NCBI GenBank assembly: GCA_028694995.1 | Contig: JAQVJU010000002.1 | Coordinates: 67,503 to 131,502, forward strand | DNA length: 64,000 bases | Direction of reading: 5' to 3' | Source of the DNA: Minisyncoccota bacterium | Lineage (GTDB): Bacteria; Patescibacteriota; Minisyncoccia; UBA6257 | In this document: in pieces, positions 19,670 through 31,761 of the stretch | Position numbering within the stretch: the first letter of the stretch is position 1 | How the letters are laid out: each line of letters begins with the position of its first letter | Made by a program: the position numbers and the translations under genes | The notes under the pieces: generated by a model | Database searches by the model: none | The model's input: only the letters and a program-made list of their open reading frames with translations | What the model was told of the DNA's origin: nothing

Positions 19670-20053
19670 AAAGAAATCTGAAAGATTATCGATGATCTCG
19701 GTTTGAAGGGGTGGCGAGATTATTTACTTTCCGTTTCAAATTATCAATATCTTTTGCAAAATCCGTTATATTACGGATTGATAAGATATAACGGCAATTT
19801 TACGAAGAAAAGCAATAATCGGTTCAAACTCGCCGCCTGATTCATAAATACCGTAAAACAAGCCAAAATTATCGCTTTGTAAGAAAATTCCGAATAGAGT
19901 CGGGATTTTCTAAAAAAAATTGGTTCGAACTTCCGTTTGAGCGGGCAGAAATTATTTTTGGATTTCAAATTTCCCTTCAAAATCCTCGCTGAAGCCGAGC
20001 CCCGCCTTTGGCGGGGCGAGGCAACAATCGCCCAAAATTCGAATTTTGAAAAT
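19670..20053 (+). pseudogene. Large serine recombinase remnant
   Basis: One frame reads LSVSNYQYLLQNPLYYGLIRYNG then jumps to KQAKIIAL*ENSE*SRDFLKKIGSNF...ENWRRGWDSNP, with in-frame stops at 19679, 19838, 19880 and 19895. Confidence 0.6.
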
Positions 20054-20143
<90 letters not shown>

Positions 20144-20186
20144 ATTTCTTATCCTTGTATTTTAAAGGATAAGAAATTTATTCTGC

Positions 20187-20612
20187 TTAAAACTTAATTA
20201 AATCTGCTAAAGAACCAATTAAAGGAAGTTTTTTAGTTTTTCCTCCAACTACATTAACAATCCCTATAATAGATAGAATTGCAAAACCTAAATTTACTAA
20301 TGTTGAAACTAAGCCAATCAATCCCCATATTCCTAGAGTAGCAAAACCCATATAAGAATAAGGACGTAAAAATATTGCTGAAATTATTCTAAAGACAATA
20401 AAAGCTATAACTTCAAATCCAAATAAGACCAATCCCTGTTTAGCATGAAAATAGACAAAAGAATCATCTTTTTTAGTAAAAAGAGGAATTAAGCATAGAA
20501 TAGAGATATAGCTTAAGATACCAATTATTTTATTTTCATCTAACTTAGTTTCACCTCCTTGTTGTGATTCTGTTTGTTGTTCAGTGGGTTCTTTTTGAAT
20601 ATCTTGTTCCAT
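20187..20612 (-). CDS. DUF4870-like membrane protein
   Basis: LSYISILCLIPL...FVYFHAKQGL...LPLIG pattern. Confidence 0.75.
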   Translation of the reverse strand: MEQDIQKEPTEQQTESQQGGETKLDENKIIGILSYISILCLIPLFTKKDDSFVYFHAKQGLVLFGFEVIAFIVFRIISAIFLRPYSYMGFATLGIWGLIGLVSTLVNLGFAILSIIGIVNVVGGKTKKLPLIGSLADLIKF

Positions 20613-20695
20613 GTTTTTTAATTTATTATTTAAATTATTTTATCGACCTTTAATACTTCTAATATTTTAACAGATAAATAAGATATTTTCAATTT

Positions 20696-21577
20696 TCAAA
20701 TATCCATTTGCCTTAACATTTTAATTCTTTCTTGCACTGGTGGATGAGTCATCCAAAGCTTACTAATGCTTTCTTTCTTTAAAGGATTAGAGATAAAAAG
20801 ATGATTAGTAGCGCTAGAAGCAACTCTTAAAGGTTCTGGATCTTGAGAGATTTTTTCTAAGGCTCTAGCTAAACCTTCAGGATAACGAGTTAATAATGCC
20901 CCAGTTGCATCTGCTAGAAATTCTCTTTTTCTTGAAACAGCCAATCTCATTAATGTAGCTGCCATTGGAGCTAAGATAGCAGCAATAATACCTATTAAAA
21001 ACATTATTGCTCCTGCAGAATCCTTACTATCCCTTCTTCTGCTCCAAAAAATAGACCTCATGGTCCAATCAGATAAAATTGCAATCAAACCAGCTAAGAC
21101 AACTACAGCTGAGGCTAAAAGAATATCTCGATTACCAATATGGGCTAATTCATGAGCAATAACCCCTTCTAATTCAGATTTATCTAATTTATTTAATAAA
21201 CCCTGGGTAACACAAATTACTCCATGTTTAGGATCTCTGCCAGTAGCAAATGCATTAGGGGCTGATTCATTCATAATATAAATTCGAGGCATGGGCAAAC
21301 CAGCAGTAATAGAAAGATTTTCTACTATTCTGTATAATTCTGGATTATCTTGTTTAGTTATTAACTTAGCATTAGTCATTGAAAGAATAACTTTATCAGA
21401 ATTCCAATAACTAATAAAACTCATTAAAAAACTAATAAAAACAGCCACATATAGAATATATGGCGTTTCTAAGATATAGCTGAAAATCCAGCCAAGGAAA
21501 ATCACTAAAACAAGAAAGACAGTGATTAAAAACCACGTTTTCCAAATATTAGAACTAGCCTGAGTATAAAGGGTCAT
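20696..21577 (-). CDS. htpX: M48 zinc metalloprotease HtpX
   Basis: PNAFATGR, AHELAH, SRKREFLADA and THPP motifs. Confidence 0.92.
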   Translation of the reverse strand: MTLYTQASSNIWKTWFLITVFLVLVIFLGWIFSYILETPYILYVAVFISFLMSFISYWNSDKVILSMTNAKLITKQDNPELYRIVENLSITAGLPMPRIYIMNESAPNAFATGRDPKHGVICVTQGLLNKLDKSELEGVIAHELAHIGNRDILLASAVVVLAGLIAILSDWTMRSIFWSRRRDSKDSAGAIMFLIGIIAAILAPMAATLMRLAVSRKREFLADATGALLTRYPEGLARALEKISQDPEPLRVASSATNHLFISNPLKKESISKLWMTHPPVQERIKMLRQMDI

Positions 21578-22125
21578 TTTTGAAAATCAACCTTGACCGC
21601 TTCTCTTTCTACAGGTTCAGTGATTTCAAATAATGCTTCTTCTTTAAAACCAAAAATACTTGCAAAGATATTTTTAGGAAAAACTTTAACTGCTGTATTC
21701 AAATCACGGACATTAGCATTGTAAAAACGACGGGCAGCTTGAATTTTATCTTCTGTGTCTACTAATTCTCTTTGTAATTCAATAAAGTTTTGATTAGCTT
21801 TAAGCTCTGGATAATTTTCAGCCACAGCAAAAAGGGTTTTTAAAGTTTGGCCAAATTGATTCTCAGCTTCTATTTTATCTTTTGCATCAACTGCTCCCAT
21901 AGCTCTAGTTCTAGCTTCTGTTACTTTTTCAAAAACTTCTTTTTCATGAGTCATATATCCTTTAACAGATTCAACCAAATTAGGCACTAAATCATATCTT
22001 CTCTTTAATTGAACATCAATATCTGCCCAAGCTTCTTTTACCCTTATTCTTAATTTTACTAAAGAGTTATAAGTAACAATAGCAAAAGCGACTAAAGCTA
22101 TTAAAACGATCCAAAAAATAGTCAT
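21574..22125 (-). CDS. lemA: LemA family protein
   Basis: IDVQLKRRYDLVPNLV, AENYPELKA and ARRFYN motifs. Confidence 0.92.
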   Translation of the reverse strand: MTIFWIVLIALVAFAIVTYNSLVKLRIRVKEAWADIDVQLKRRYDLVPNLVESVKGYMTHEKEVFEKVTEARTRAMGAVDAKDKIEAENQFGQTLKTLFAVAENYPELKANQNFIELQRELVDTEDKIQAARRFYNANVRDLNTAVKVFPKNIFASIFGFKEEALFEITEPVEREAVKVDFQK

Positions 22126-22148
22126 GTTTTTTATTTGTTAATTGTTTT

Positions 22149-23810
<1,662 letters not shown>

Positions 23811-23834
23811 TTATTTTTAATTCATATAAAGATT

Positions 23835-24125
23835 CTACTCTTCAATAATTGCTAAAACATCATCTTCCTTGATAACTAAATATTCTTTTTCATCTATTTT
23901 GATTTCATTAGGAGCATATTTGGTAAATAAAACCTTATCCCCTACTTTTATATTTAAAGGAATTAATTTTCCTTCATTATTAGTTTTTCCTGGACCAACA
24001 GCAATCACTTTACCAACACCAGGTTTTTCTTCAGCTGATTCAGGAATAAAAATACCGCCTTTGGTGGTTTTTTCTTCATTAACAGCTTCTACGAAAATAT
24101 TGTTAAATAATGGTTTAATATTCAT
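23835..24125 (-). CDS. groS: Co-chaperonin GroES
   Basis: IKPL...TKGGIFIP...VIAVGPG...KVGDKVLF pattern. Confidence 0.97.
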   Translation of the reverse strand: MNIKPLFNNIFVEAVNEEKTTKGGIFIPESAEEKPGVGKVIAVGPGKTNNEGKLIPLNIKVGDKVLFTKYAPNEIKIDEKEYLVIKEDDVLAIIEE

Positions 24126-24212
24126 TGTTATTTTACTAAATTTATTTTAAGAGAAAGATATTGCTAAAAAATCAATAAAAGCTTTTTAAAGCTTTAAGCA
24201 ATATTTTTCTAT

Positions 24213-24239
24213 TTAGCAATCTTCGACTTTAATTGCTAA
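24213..24239. promoter_or_regulatory. CIRCE element upstream of groES
   Basis: TTAGCAATC-N9-AATTGCTAA versus consensus TTAGCACTC-N9-GAGTGCTAA. Confidence 0.75.
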
Positions 24240-24258
24240 TTACTATTTTACTCAAAAA

Positions 24259-25344
24259 TTACTCGCTGTCAATATCTGTTTCTTCTGATTCTGCTTTGGG
24301 CTTATCTAATTCCAAGATGTCAGATTCTATTTTCTTTCCTGATATCCGATAAACATCTTTATCTATCTTGCCAAATTCTTTATAAGCAGAATTATACATA
24401 TTAACCGTAGTGCCTAAATGATTGCCTAATTTTTGCATATAGGTTTCATAACTTGTCAAATGCCTTGTTAATTCTTCCACTCTTTTTTTAATCTCTTTAG
24501 CTGATTCTTCTATTTCCAAAGCCCTTAACCCCTGAAGCACTGTTTGTAAATAAGCTAAGAATGAAGTTGGGGAAACAATAATCACTTTTTTTTGACCCAT
24601 AGCATATTCTATTAAATCTCGAGTATTCGCTTTAACTGCTCCAATCTTATTAATCAATAAATCATAATAAATTGCTTCTGAAGGAATGAACATAAAAGCA
24701 AATTCCATAGTCCCTTCTTCTGGTTTAATGTATTTAGCTGTTTCATCTATCCTGGCTTTTAAATCAGATTTAAAACTATCTTCTAGTTTCTTCCTCTCAG
24801 CATCATCATTAGTTTCTAAAAGACGATTGTAATTTTCTAAACTAAACTTAGAATCAATAGGAATAATCTTATCTTTTATAAAAATCACTGCATCAACAAT
24901 TATGCCTTCTTTAAATCCATATTGCATTTGATAAGTCCCAGGTGGCAAAACATTTTTTAAAACTGTTTCTAAATAATATTCTCCTAGAACTCCTCTTTGT
25001 TTTGGATTTTTTAAAATATCTTGAAGGTTTTTAAGCTGATCAGCAAAATTAACTACCTGTTTATTAGTTTCATCTAATTTAGTTAATTTTTCTGTTACCT
25101 CTCTGATAATCTTAGCGCTTTGTCCAAATTGATTTTGAATCACATTAGGAATCTCTCCTAATTTTTGATCAAGAGTTCGATTTATCTCTTGAATTTGATT
25201 TTGCAACAACAAAAGAGATTGTTCATCTTCTTTTTTAGGTTTTCCTTTTTTTATTAAGAAGAAATATAAAATTCCAGCTATCACTAAACCAATAGCTAAT
25301 CCTAAAACAACACTATTAAATATAAAATTCATAAGGGTCATCAT
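24259..25344 (-). CDS. rmuC: DNA recombination protein RmuC family
   Basis: RGVLGEYYLE, IDSKF, FMFIPSEAIY and VSPTS motifs. Confidence 0.9.
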   Translation of the reverse strand: MMTLMNFIFNSVVLGLAIGLVIAGILYFFLIKKGKPKKEDEQSLLLLQNQIQEINRTLDQKLGEIPNVIQNQFGQSAKIIREVTEKLTKLDETNKQVVNFADQLKNLQDILKNPKQRGVLGEYYLETVLKNVLPPGTYQMQYGFKEGIIVDAVIFIKDKIIPIDSKFSLENYNRLLETNDDAERKKLEDSFKSDLKARIDETAKYIKPEEGTMEFAFMFIPSEAIYYDLLINKIGAVKANTRDLIEYAMGQKKVIIVSPTSFLAYLQTVLQGLRALEIEESAKEIKKRVEELTRHLTSYETYMQKLGNHLGTTVNMYNSAYKEFGKIDKDVYRISGKKIESDILELDKPKAESEETDIDSE

Positions 25345-25352
25345 CTGTTTTA

Positions 25353-26114
25353 TTATATAGAAACTTTCTCTTCAATTGAAGGAACTGCTGTTTGTATTTC
25401 TTTAGATTTCTTAAGATCTAAATAAATTAGATATATATAAATCATAGAGAAAAATGAACCAAATGTTTGCACTAAAAGACCAATAAAAGAACCAAGGAGA
25501 TTAAGAAAAGGACCAGAATAATTTTTACCAAGTGCATTTATTCCTATAGCTATTATGATTGTTAATATGATTAACATCAACCTTCTACCAAAAACTTGCC
25601 ACCAATTACCTTTAACTAAATTCCAGCTTCTTTTTATAGCTTCCATACCTTTTCTTTTTTCATCTATATAAACATATAAAGAAAAAGATAGATAAATAGA
25701 TAAAATTAATCCAGGAATTATTAAAAAGACAAAACCCAAAGATACAAAAATAGATACCAATACACCTATTATCAAATAATTCCAATAATTTTTCCAAGCC
25801 TCTTTAAACACTTCTTTTAAAGAAACCCCAACAGGCTTCATAACTAATACTAAAGAAGCTACTAATAAATAGAGAGAACAAAAAATAAATAGAAAAGGAA
25901 AAAAGAGAAAGAAATAAGTAAGAATTTTCTGAATTATTATCGCAAGAGAACTAGTTTGTCCTTTAAGCATTAAAGCGCTAAATATAGAGCCAAAAATCAC
26001 TAATATAATCATGGCTCCTAAAATAATTTCCAAAAAAACAAGCAGTAATATAGGTTTTAATTTTAACTTATAAATATGAAAAGTTTCTTTAATTAAACTT
26101 GTAAAATTTTTCAT
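25353..26114 (-). CDS. Multi-TM membrane protein
   Basis: Hydrophobic helices, LIIPG and SWNLVKGNWW motifs. Confidence 0.7.
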   Translation of the reverse strand: MKNFTSLIKETFHIYKLKLKPILLLVFLEIILGAMIILVIFGSIFSALMLKGQTSSLAIIIQKILTYFFLFFPFLFIFCSLYLLVASLVLVMKPVGVSLKEVFKEAWKNYWNYLIIGVLVSIFVSLGFVFLIIPGLILSIYLSFSLYVYIDEKRKGMEAIKRSWNLVKGNWWQVFGRRLMLIILTIIIAIGINALGKNYSGPFLNLLGSFIGLLVQTFGSFFSMIYIYLIYLDLKKSKEIQTAVPSIEEKVSI

Positions 26115-26134
26115 AATATTTTTTTATTATTATT

Positions 26135-27268
26135 TTACTTTAACTCCTCTTCCAAATCTTCTAAAAGTTTTTTAACTTTAGTAGAAACTTTTTTAGGAGT
26201 TTTTATTCTTACTTTTACATAAAGGTCGCCTTGACCAGGAGCATTAAAATGTTTAATCCCCTTACCTCTTAAGCGAAAGATTTCTCCTGATTCTGTGCCT
26301 GCTGGTATCTTGAATAAAACATCTTTTTTATCAAGTAATTGTATTTCTTTTTTACTACCTAAGGTTGCTTCGGTAAAAGATATTCCTAAAGATATATACA
26401 AATCATCTCCTTGCCTTTCAAATCTTTCATGAGGCTTAATGATTATTCTGATATATAAATCACCACTTAAACCTCCTAAATACCCCGCTTCTCCTTCATG
26501 CCTAATCCTAATTGTTTCTCCATCTCTAATACCAGCAGGGATATCCACCTTGATTTCTTTATTTCCATAATAACGACCATCACCACCACACTTCTTGCAA
26601 GGTTTTTCTGGAATTTTGCCTTTACCTTTGCATTTTGGGCATTCTATTATTTGAGTAATTTCCCCTAAAAATGTCCGGCGTGACTGTCTAATTGTTCCTG
26701 TGCCTTTACAATTAGCGCATTCTTTTAACTTAGAGCCAGGCTCATAACCCTTTCCCTGGCAATGTTCACAAGAAAGATATGTTTTAAAAGAAACGTCTTT
26801 TCTAATACCAAAGGCTGCTTCTTCTAAATTAATCTCTAAACTAACTTCTATATTATTACCTTTTTTATTAGCGCTTGTTTTCTGATACCTGGTTTTCCTT
26901 GAATCCATTCCAGCTGCTCCTCTAAAAAAATCAGCTAAGATGTCATTTAAATCAATGCCTCCAGCTGAAAAACCAAAAGGAGATTGAAAATCACCTCCTT
27001 GCCAATTAAAACCTGACCAATCAAACCCACCAGCAAAACCTTCTCTAAAATCAGCACCAGGACCTTCAAAAACCCTGCCGAACTGATCATATTGAGCCCT
27101 TTTCTCCTTGTTTGATAAGATCTGATAAGCTTCATTAATTTCTTTGAATTTTTCCGCATCACCTCCTTTATCAGGATGATGTTTATGTGCTAATTTATAA
27201 AAAGCTTTTTTTATTTCTTCAGGTGTGGCATTACGACCAATACCTAAGATTTCATAATAGTCTTTCAT
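26135..27268 (-). CDS. dnaJ: Chaperone DnaJ
   Basis: KDYYEILG, HPD, four CxxCxGxG repeats; start set at MKDYY. Confidence 0.96.
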   Translation of the reverse strand: MKDYYEILGIGRNATPEEIKKAFYKLAHKHHPDKGGDAEKFKEINEAYQILSNKEKRAQYDQFGRVFEGPGADFREGFAGGFDWSGFNWQGGDFQSPFGFSAGGIDLNDILADFFRGAAGMDSRKTRYQKTSANKKGNNIEVSLEINLEEAAFGIRKDVSFKTYLSCEHCQGKGYEPGSKLKECANCKGTGTIRQSRRTFLGEITQIIECPKCKGKGKIPEKPCKKCGGDGRYYGNKEIKVDIPAGIRDGETIRIRHEGEAGYLGGLSGDLYIRIIIKPHERFERQGDDLYISLGISFTEATLGSKKEIQLLDKKDVLFKIPAGTESGEIFRLRGKGIKHFNAPGQGDLYVKVRIKTPKKVSTKVKKLLEDLEEELK

Positions 27269-27278
27269 ATCAATTTCT

Positions 27279-28307
27279 TTATTTAAAAGCAATATTCAAT
27301 TCTTGTTTCTCAACGCCTATCTTTTTAATAGTCAAATACTTTATTGATAAAAGAATTTGAAGAAAAACCCAACTAAAAAAAACAAGAATCGGGTAAAACA
27401 CCAAATTTACAACCTTTAAAATACTCATTAAGGAAACAAAGATTATAATCACTAAGATAAATTTCATTGGCAAAGAAATATTAAGCCAATAATTTTTTAC
27501 CCAATCCACTATCAAGGAAGATAGTTTCTCTTCGCCAGTTAAAGGAACATTTAGCAAATCAGAAAGATTAGTCTTCATTTCTTTTAACAAAGTTTCCTTG
27601 TCTATATTATTAATCTCAATATTCTCTAAATTAATCTCTTCTGTTTCAAGGGTGCTTAAATCCAATTCTCCTAAATTAATTGCCTCTTTTTCTAAATAGT
27701 TTTTTAAAATACTATCTATGGTTCCAGTTGATTCAACATCAACAATGTTTTGGGCGCTTTCAATTTGAAGAATAATCGTTTCTATTAGCTTTTCTGAGCT
27801 TTCTTCTAGAAGATCTAATTTATTCTGAGAATAAACTAAACTAACAAACACAAAAACTAAAGCCAAGAGCAGAAAAAATGAACCTCTGAAAACAATACGT
27901 CTCAAGTTAAGCTCTAATAAATTATTGCTTTCATTTTTCATATATGCCCTAGAAATCAATAACAATAGGTACACTAAACCAATAATAACAAAGAAATAAA
28001 CATTCCATTGGCCTTTAAACAAGAAAAACAAGAAAGGCGCCAAACTAATGCCTAAATTCCAAAGCAAAAAATTAGGCAAATCAAATACCAAAAAAAATAT
28101 GGGCAATAGGAAAACTCCAATTGACCATAACAAAATAGCCATTGTTAAATTAAAACTAGAAAAATTATTTAAGCAATTAAGAATATAAACAGAACCTAGT
28201 CCAAAACAAACAATAATAACAATGGCTAAGATAAATTTTTTAATCAGTAAAACTCTATCGCTATGAGCTAACTTATAAGCTTTATAGAGATTAGATTCTT
28301 GAGGCAT
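27279..28307 (-). CDS. Hypothetical multi-TM membrane protein between dnaK and dnaJ
   Basis: Long ORF with several TM helices and an acidic soluble loop. Confidence 0.7.
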   Translation of the reverse strand: MPQESNLYKAYKLAHSDRVLLIKKFILAIVIIVCFGLGSVYILNCLNNFSSFNLTMAILLWSIGVFLLPIFFLVFDLPNFLLWNLGISLAPFLFFLFKGQWNVYFFVIIGLVYLLLLISRAYMKNESNNLLELNLRRIVFRGSFFLLLALVFVFVSLVYSQNKLDLLEESSEKLIETIILQIESAQNIVDVESTGTIDSILKNYLEKEAINLGELDLSTLETEEINLENIEINNIDKETLLKEMKTNLSDLLNVPLTGEEKLSSLIVDWVKNYWLNISLPMKFILVIIIFVSLMSILKVVNLVFYPILVFFSWVFLQILLSIKYLTIKKIGVEKQELNIAFK

Positions 28308-28347
28308 TAATAAAATTATATCACAGGATTAATAACAAGCAAACAGA

Positions 28348-30249
28348 TTATTCTTTTTCTTCAAAATCAGCGTCTTTAGGCTTATCTTCTGGTTCTTGTT
28401 TTTCTTGTCCTTCTTGTTCATTTGGTTTCTGTTCTGAAGATTCTTGTTGTGTTTTATAAAGATATTCTCCCATTTCTGATAAAACCTGAGAAAATTCTGT
28501 TGTTTTGTTTTTTATCTCTTCTAAATCATCTTTTGCCAAAACTTCTTTCAGTTCTTTTATTTTTTCTTCAACTTTGGTTTTCTTATCTTCTGGAATTTTA
28601 TCTCCGGCTTCTCTTAAGCTTTTCTCAGCGCTATACAGTAAAGTTTCTGCATTGTTCCTTACTTCTATCAATTCTTTCTTCTTCTCATCTTCTTCTTTAT
28701 GAGCTTCAGCTTCTTGTTTTAATTTCTCTACTTCTTCCTTTGATAAACCAGAAGAGCCTTCAATTCTAATTGATTGTTCTTTATTTGTAGCTTTATCTTT
28801 AGCTTTGACATTTAAAATTCCATTAGCATCCAAATCAAAATTAACTTCAACCTGAGGCATACCTCGAGGCGCAGAAGGAATTCCATCTAAGATAAAACGA
28901 CCTAAGGATTTATTATCTGCTGCCATTGGTCTTTCACCTTGAAGAACATGAATCTCAACAGATGTTTGATTATCAGTGGCGGTAGAAAATACCTGACTCT
29001 TGCTTACAGGAATAGTGGTATTTTTTGGAATTAAAACCGTATCCACTCCACCTAAGGTTTCTATACCTAAAGAAAGAGGGGTAACATCTAAAAGTAAGAC
29101 ATCTTTCATTTCTCCACCTAAGATTCCTGCCTGAACTGCAGCCCCTATAGCCACTACTTCATCAGGATTAATTTCTTTATTAGGTTCTTTATTGAATAGT
29201 TTTTTTACCTCTTCTTGAATTTTAGGCATTCTTGTTTGACCCCCAACCAAAACCACTTCTTCTATTTCAGAAACCTGTAAACCACATTCTTCTATTGTTT
29301 GTTTAGTTATTTCTATTGATTTTTTAATGTATTCTTCTACTAATTCCTCTAACATTGAACGGCTTAAAGAATAAGAAAGATGCTTTGGCCCAGCACTATC
29401 AGAAGTAATAAAGGGAAGATTTATCTCCACCTGATTGGTAAAAGAAAGTTCTTTTTTGGCTTTTTCTGAGGCTTCTTTTATTCTTTGTAAAGCTAAGGGA
29501 TCTTTGCTCAAATCTATGCCTTCGTCTTTCTTAAAATTCTGAATGACCCAATCCATTATCTTCTGATCAAAATCATCTCCACCTAAATGTGTATCGCCAC
29601 CAGTTCCCTTAACTTCAATCGTGTCTGGTGTAACATAGAGAACAGAAATATCAAAAGTACCACCGCCAAAATCAAAAACCGCTATTTCCTGGTCTTTTTT
29701 CTTTTCCAAACCATAAGCCAAAGCTGCTGCTGTAGGTTCATTAATTACCCTTTTAACATTAAAGCCTGCTATCTCTCCTGCTTCTTTAGTGGCTTTTCTT
29801 TGACTGTCATCAAAGTAGGCCGGACAAGTAATAACCACATCAGTTATTTTTTCACCTAATTTGGCTTCAGCATCTGTTTTTAATTTTTGTAAAACCATTG
29901 CGGAAATTTCTTGAAGCTTATACCATTGATCTCCCATTTTAATTTCCACCCCTCCATTATCATCTTCTCTAATCTCATAAGATAAAAGATTTTTATCTCC
30001 TTGGATTACAGGGTCAGAAAACTTCCTGCCAATTAATCTTTTAACTGAATAAATTGTATTTTTAGGATTGGTAATTGCTTGACGCCGAGCCATAGCTCCA
30101 ACCAATCTTTCACCGCTTTTAGAAAAAGCAACTATAGAAGCTGTGGTTCTTTCACCTTCTGAATTTTCTAAAATTTTAGGTTGGCCTCCTTCTATCGTGG
30201 CCATTGCTGAAAAAGTTGTTCCTAAATCTATTCCTAATATTTTTGCCAT
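28348..30249 (-). CDS. dnaK: Chaperone DnaK
   Basis: GIDLGTT, INEPTAAALAYG and DFGGGTFDIS motifs. Confidence 0.98.
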   Translation of the reverse strand: MAKILGIDLGTTFSAMATIEGGQPKILENSEGERTTASIVAFSKSGERLVGAMARRQAITNPKNTIYSVKRLIGRKFSDPVIQGDKNLLSYEIREDDNGGVEIKMGDQWYKLQEISAMVLQKLKTDAEAKLGEKITDVVITCPAYFDDSQRKATKEAGEIAGFNVKRVINEPTAAALAYGLEKKKDQEIAVFDFGGGTFDISVLYVTPDTIEVKGTGGDTHLGGDDFDQKIMDWVIQNFKKDEGIDLSKDPLALQRIKEASEKAKKELSFTNQVEINLPFITSDSAGPKHLSYSLSRSMLEELVEEYIKKSIEITKQTIEECGLQVSEIEEVVLVGGQTRMPKIQEEVKKLFNKEPNKEINPDEVVAIGAAVQAGILGGEMKDVLLLDVTPLSLGIETLGGVDTVLIPKNTTIPVSKSQVFSTATDNQTSVEIHVLQGERPMAADNKSLGRFILDGIPSAPRGMPQVEVNFDLDANGILNVKAKDKATNKEQSIRIEGSSGLSKEEVEKLKQEAEAHKEEDEKKKELIEVRNNAETLLYSAEKSLREAGDKIPEDKKTKVEEKIKELKEVLAKDDLEEIKNKTTEFSQVLSEMGEYLYKTQQESSEQKPNEQEGQEKQEPEDKPKDADFEEKE

Positions 30250-30274
30250 AATTGTTTAAATTAAATTTGTTAAA

Positions 30275-30826
30275 TTATTGTTTTTTAATATCCTTGGCGA
30301 CCAATACCCTGCAAGGACGAATTAATTTTCCATTAAGAAGATATCCCTTTTCTAACATTTCAACAATTACATGAGAATCAAAACCTTCTTTTTCCACTTC
30401 CATTATTGCCTCATGATAGGTTGGATCAAAAACATCTCTTGGATTAGCAATGATTATCTCTACTCCTTCTTTTTGTAAAATATCTTCTAATTGGCTTTTG
30501 ATTAAAGCAATGCCTTTTATATAGTTTTCATTTTGTTCTTCCTCTTGTGCTTGCCTAGTGAAACTTTGTAAAGCCAAATTAAAACTATCTAAAATAGTAA
30601 TTAAGGATTTAATCAATCTTTCATTTGAAAAACTTCTTACTTCTTTAAATCTTTCTTCTTCTCCTTTTTTATAATTACTAAAATCTGCTCTTTCTTTTTG
30701 CCATCCTTCTAAATATTCTTCTCTTTCTGTTTTTAATTTTTCTATTTCTTTAGAAAACTTATCATCTTTCTTCTTATGCTCAGTTTTTTTTGTTTCTAAA
30801 TGATCTTTGTTTTTATTCTTAGGCAT
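30275..30826 (-). CDS. grpE: Nucleotide exchange factor GrpE
   Basis: RADFSNYKK, FDPTYHEA and KGYLLNGKLIRP motifs. Confidence 0.93.
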   Translation of the reverse strand: MPKNKNKDHLETKKTEHKKKDDKFSKEIEKLKTEREEYLEGWQKERADFSNYKKGEEERFKEVRSFSNERLIKSLITILDSFNLALQSFTRQAQEEEQNENYIKGIALIKSQLEDILQKEGVEIIIANPRDVFDPTYHEAIMEVEKEGFDSHVIVEMLEKGYLLNGKLIRPCRVLVAKDIKKQ

Positions 30827-30832
30827 ATAAAT

Positions 30833-31588
30833 TTATATTGTTAAATTAGTTAAAGCTCTTAAAATAGCAATATTCCTTTCATAAGGCATTCTTTTAGGAC
30901 CCAGAATACCAAAAATAGCCTTAGGTTGGGAAATTGCTGTTAAAAGAGAACTGAATTGATCTGACTTAATAAATGGATTATCTTTACCAATTAATATTAA
31001 AGGAGTTTCTTCTATCTTCATATTTTCTAATTTTATCTCTAATCTTTCTAAAGATTCAGCTATTTCTTGCAATAACTCCAAACTTAACAATTCTTCAGCT
31101 ATCATTTCAGAAAACATATATTTCAAACCTTGTTTGATTAATTCTTTTTCCTGTATCAAATAACAAAAACTAAAAGAATGACTTTTATCTGCTATCAACT
31201 CTACTAATTCTTTTATCTTTCTCCTGTTTTTTTGATTTTCAATTTGTTTAAATTTAACTTTTGCCAGTTGGTCAGAAAACATTTTTTCCCAATGATTTAA
31301 AAAATCATCATCTTCTTTAAATATTTTTTCAATAAAAAACTTCCAAGCTTTATCAGTTGGCACTCGGCCACTAGAGATATAGGGTTTATGTAAATAACCT
31401 TTTTCAGTTAAAACCACAAAACAATTTCTGATTGTTGCTGAACTAATCCCCAATTCATATTTCTCACCTAGAACATCAGAAGCCACTGGTTCTCCAGTTT
31501 GAAGATATTCTTTTACTAAAACCTCAAGGATAATTTCTTTTCTATCCTTGTCTTGCCCTGTATTTTCTATTGTAATTTTAGTAATCAT
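30833..31588 (-). CDS. hrcA: Heat-inducible repressor HrcA (shortened)
   Basis: EYLQTGEPVAS, SSATIRN, SSGRVPT and GILGPKRMPY motifs. Confidence 0.88.
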   Translation of the reverse strand: MITKITIENTGQDKDRKEIILEVLVKEYLQTGEPVASDVLGEKYELGISSATIRNCFVVLTEKGYLHKPYISSGRVPTDKAWKFFIEKIFKEDDDFLNHWEKMFSDQLAKVKFKQIENQKNRRKIKELVELIADKSHSFSFCYLIQEKELIKQGLKYMFSEMIAEELLSLELLQEIAESLERLEIKLENMKIEETPLILIGKDNPFIKSDQFSSLLTAISQPKAIFGILGPKRMPYERNIAILRALTNLTI

Positions 31589-31612
31589 TAAAACTATCCT
31601 ATATTTTACTAT

Positions 31613-31639
31613 TTAGCAGTCAAAAGTCAAGAGTGCTAA
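31613..31639. promoter_or_regulatory. CIRCE element upstream of hrcA
   Basis: TTAGCAGTC-N9-GAGTGCTAA, overlapping a TTGACT -35 on the minus strand. Confidence 0.85.
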
Positions 31640-31761
31640 TTAAGAATCTATTTTAAATCCTCTTTTCTCATCCCCTTTCTTTCCCCGAATCAATTTGCCT
31701 GGGTTTATGCCTCATGGTAAAATTAGAAAAATAATAAATTATTCAAAAGTTTTTTAATCTA

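Noticed and set aside
19670..19900. Stop-codon reassignment as an explanation of in-frame stops
   Set aside because: TGA, TAA and TAG all interrupt the frame, and conserved genes such as trxB end in TGA, so this is decay under the standard code.
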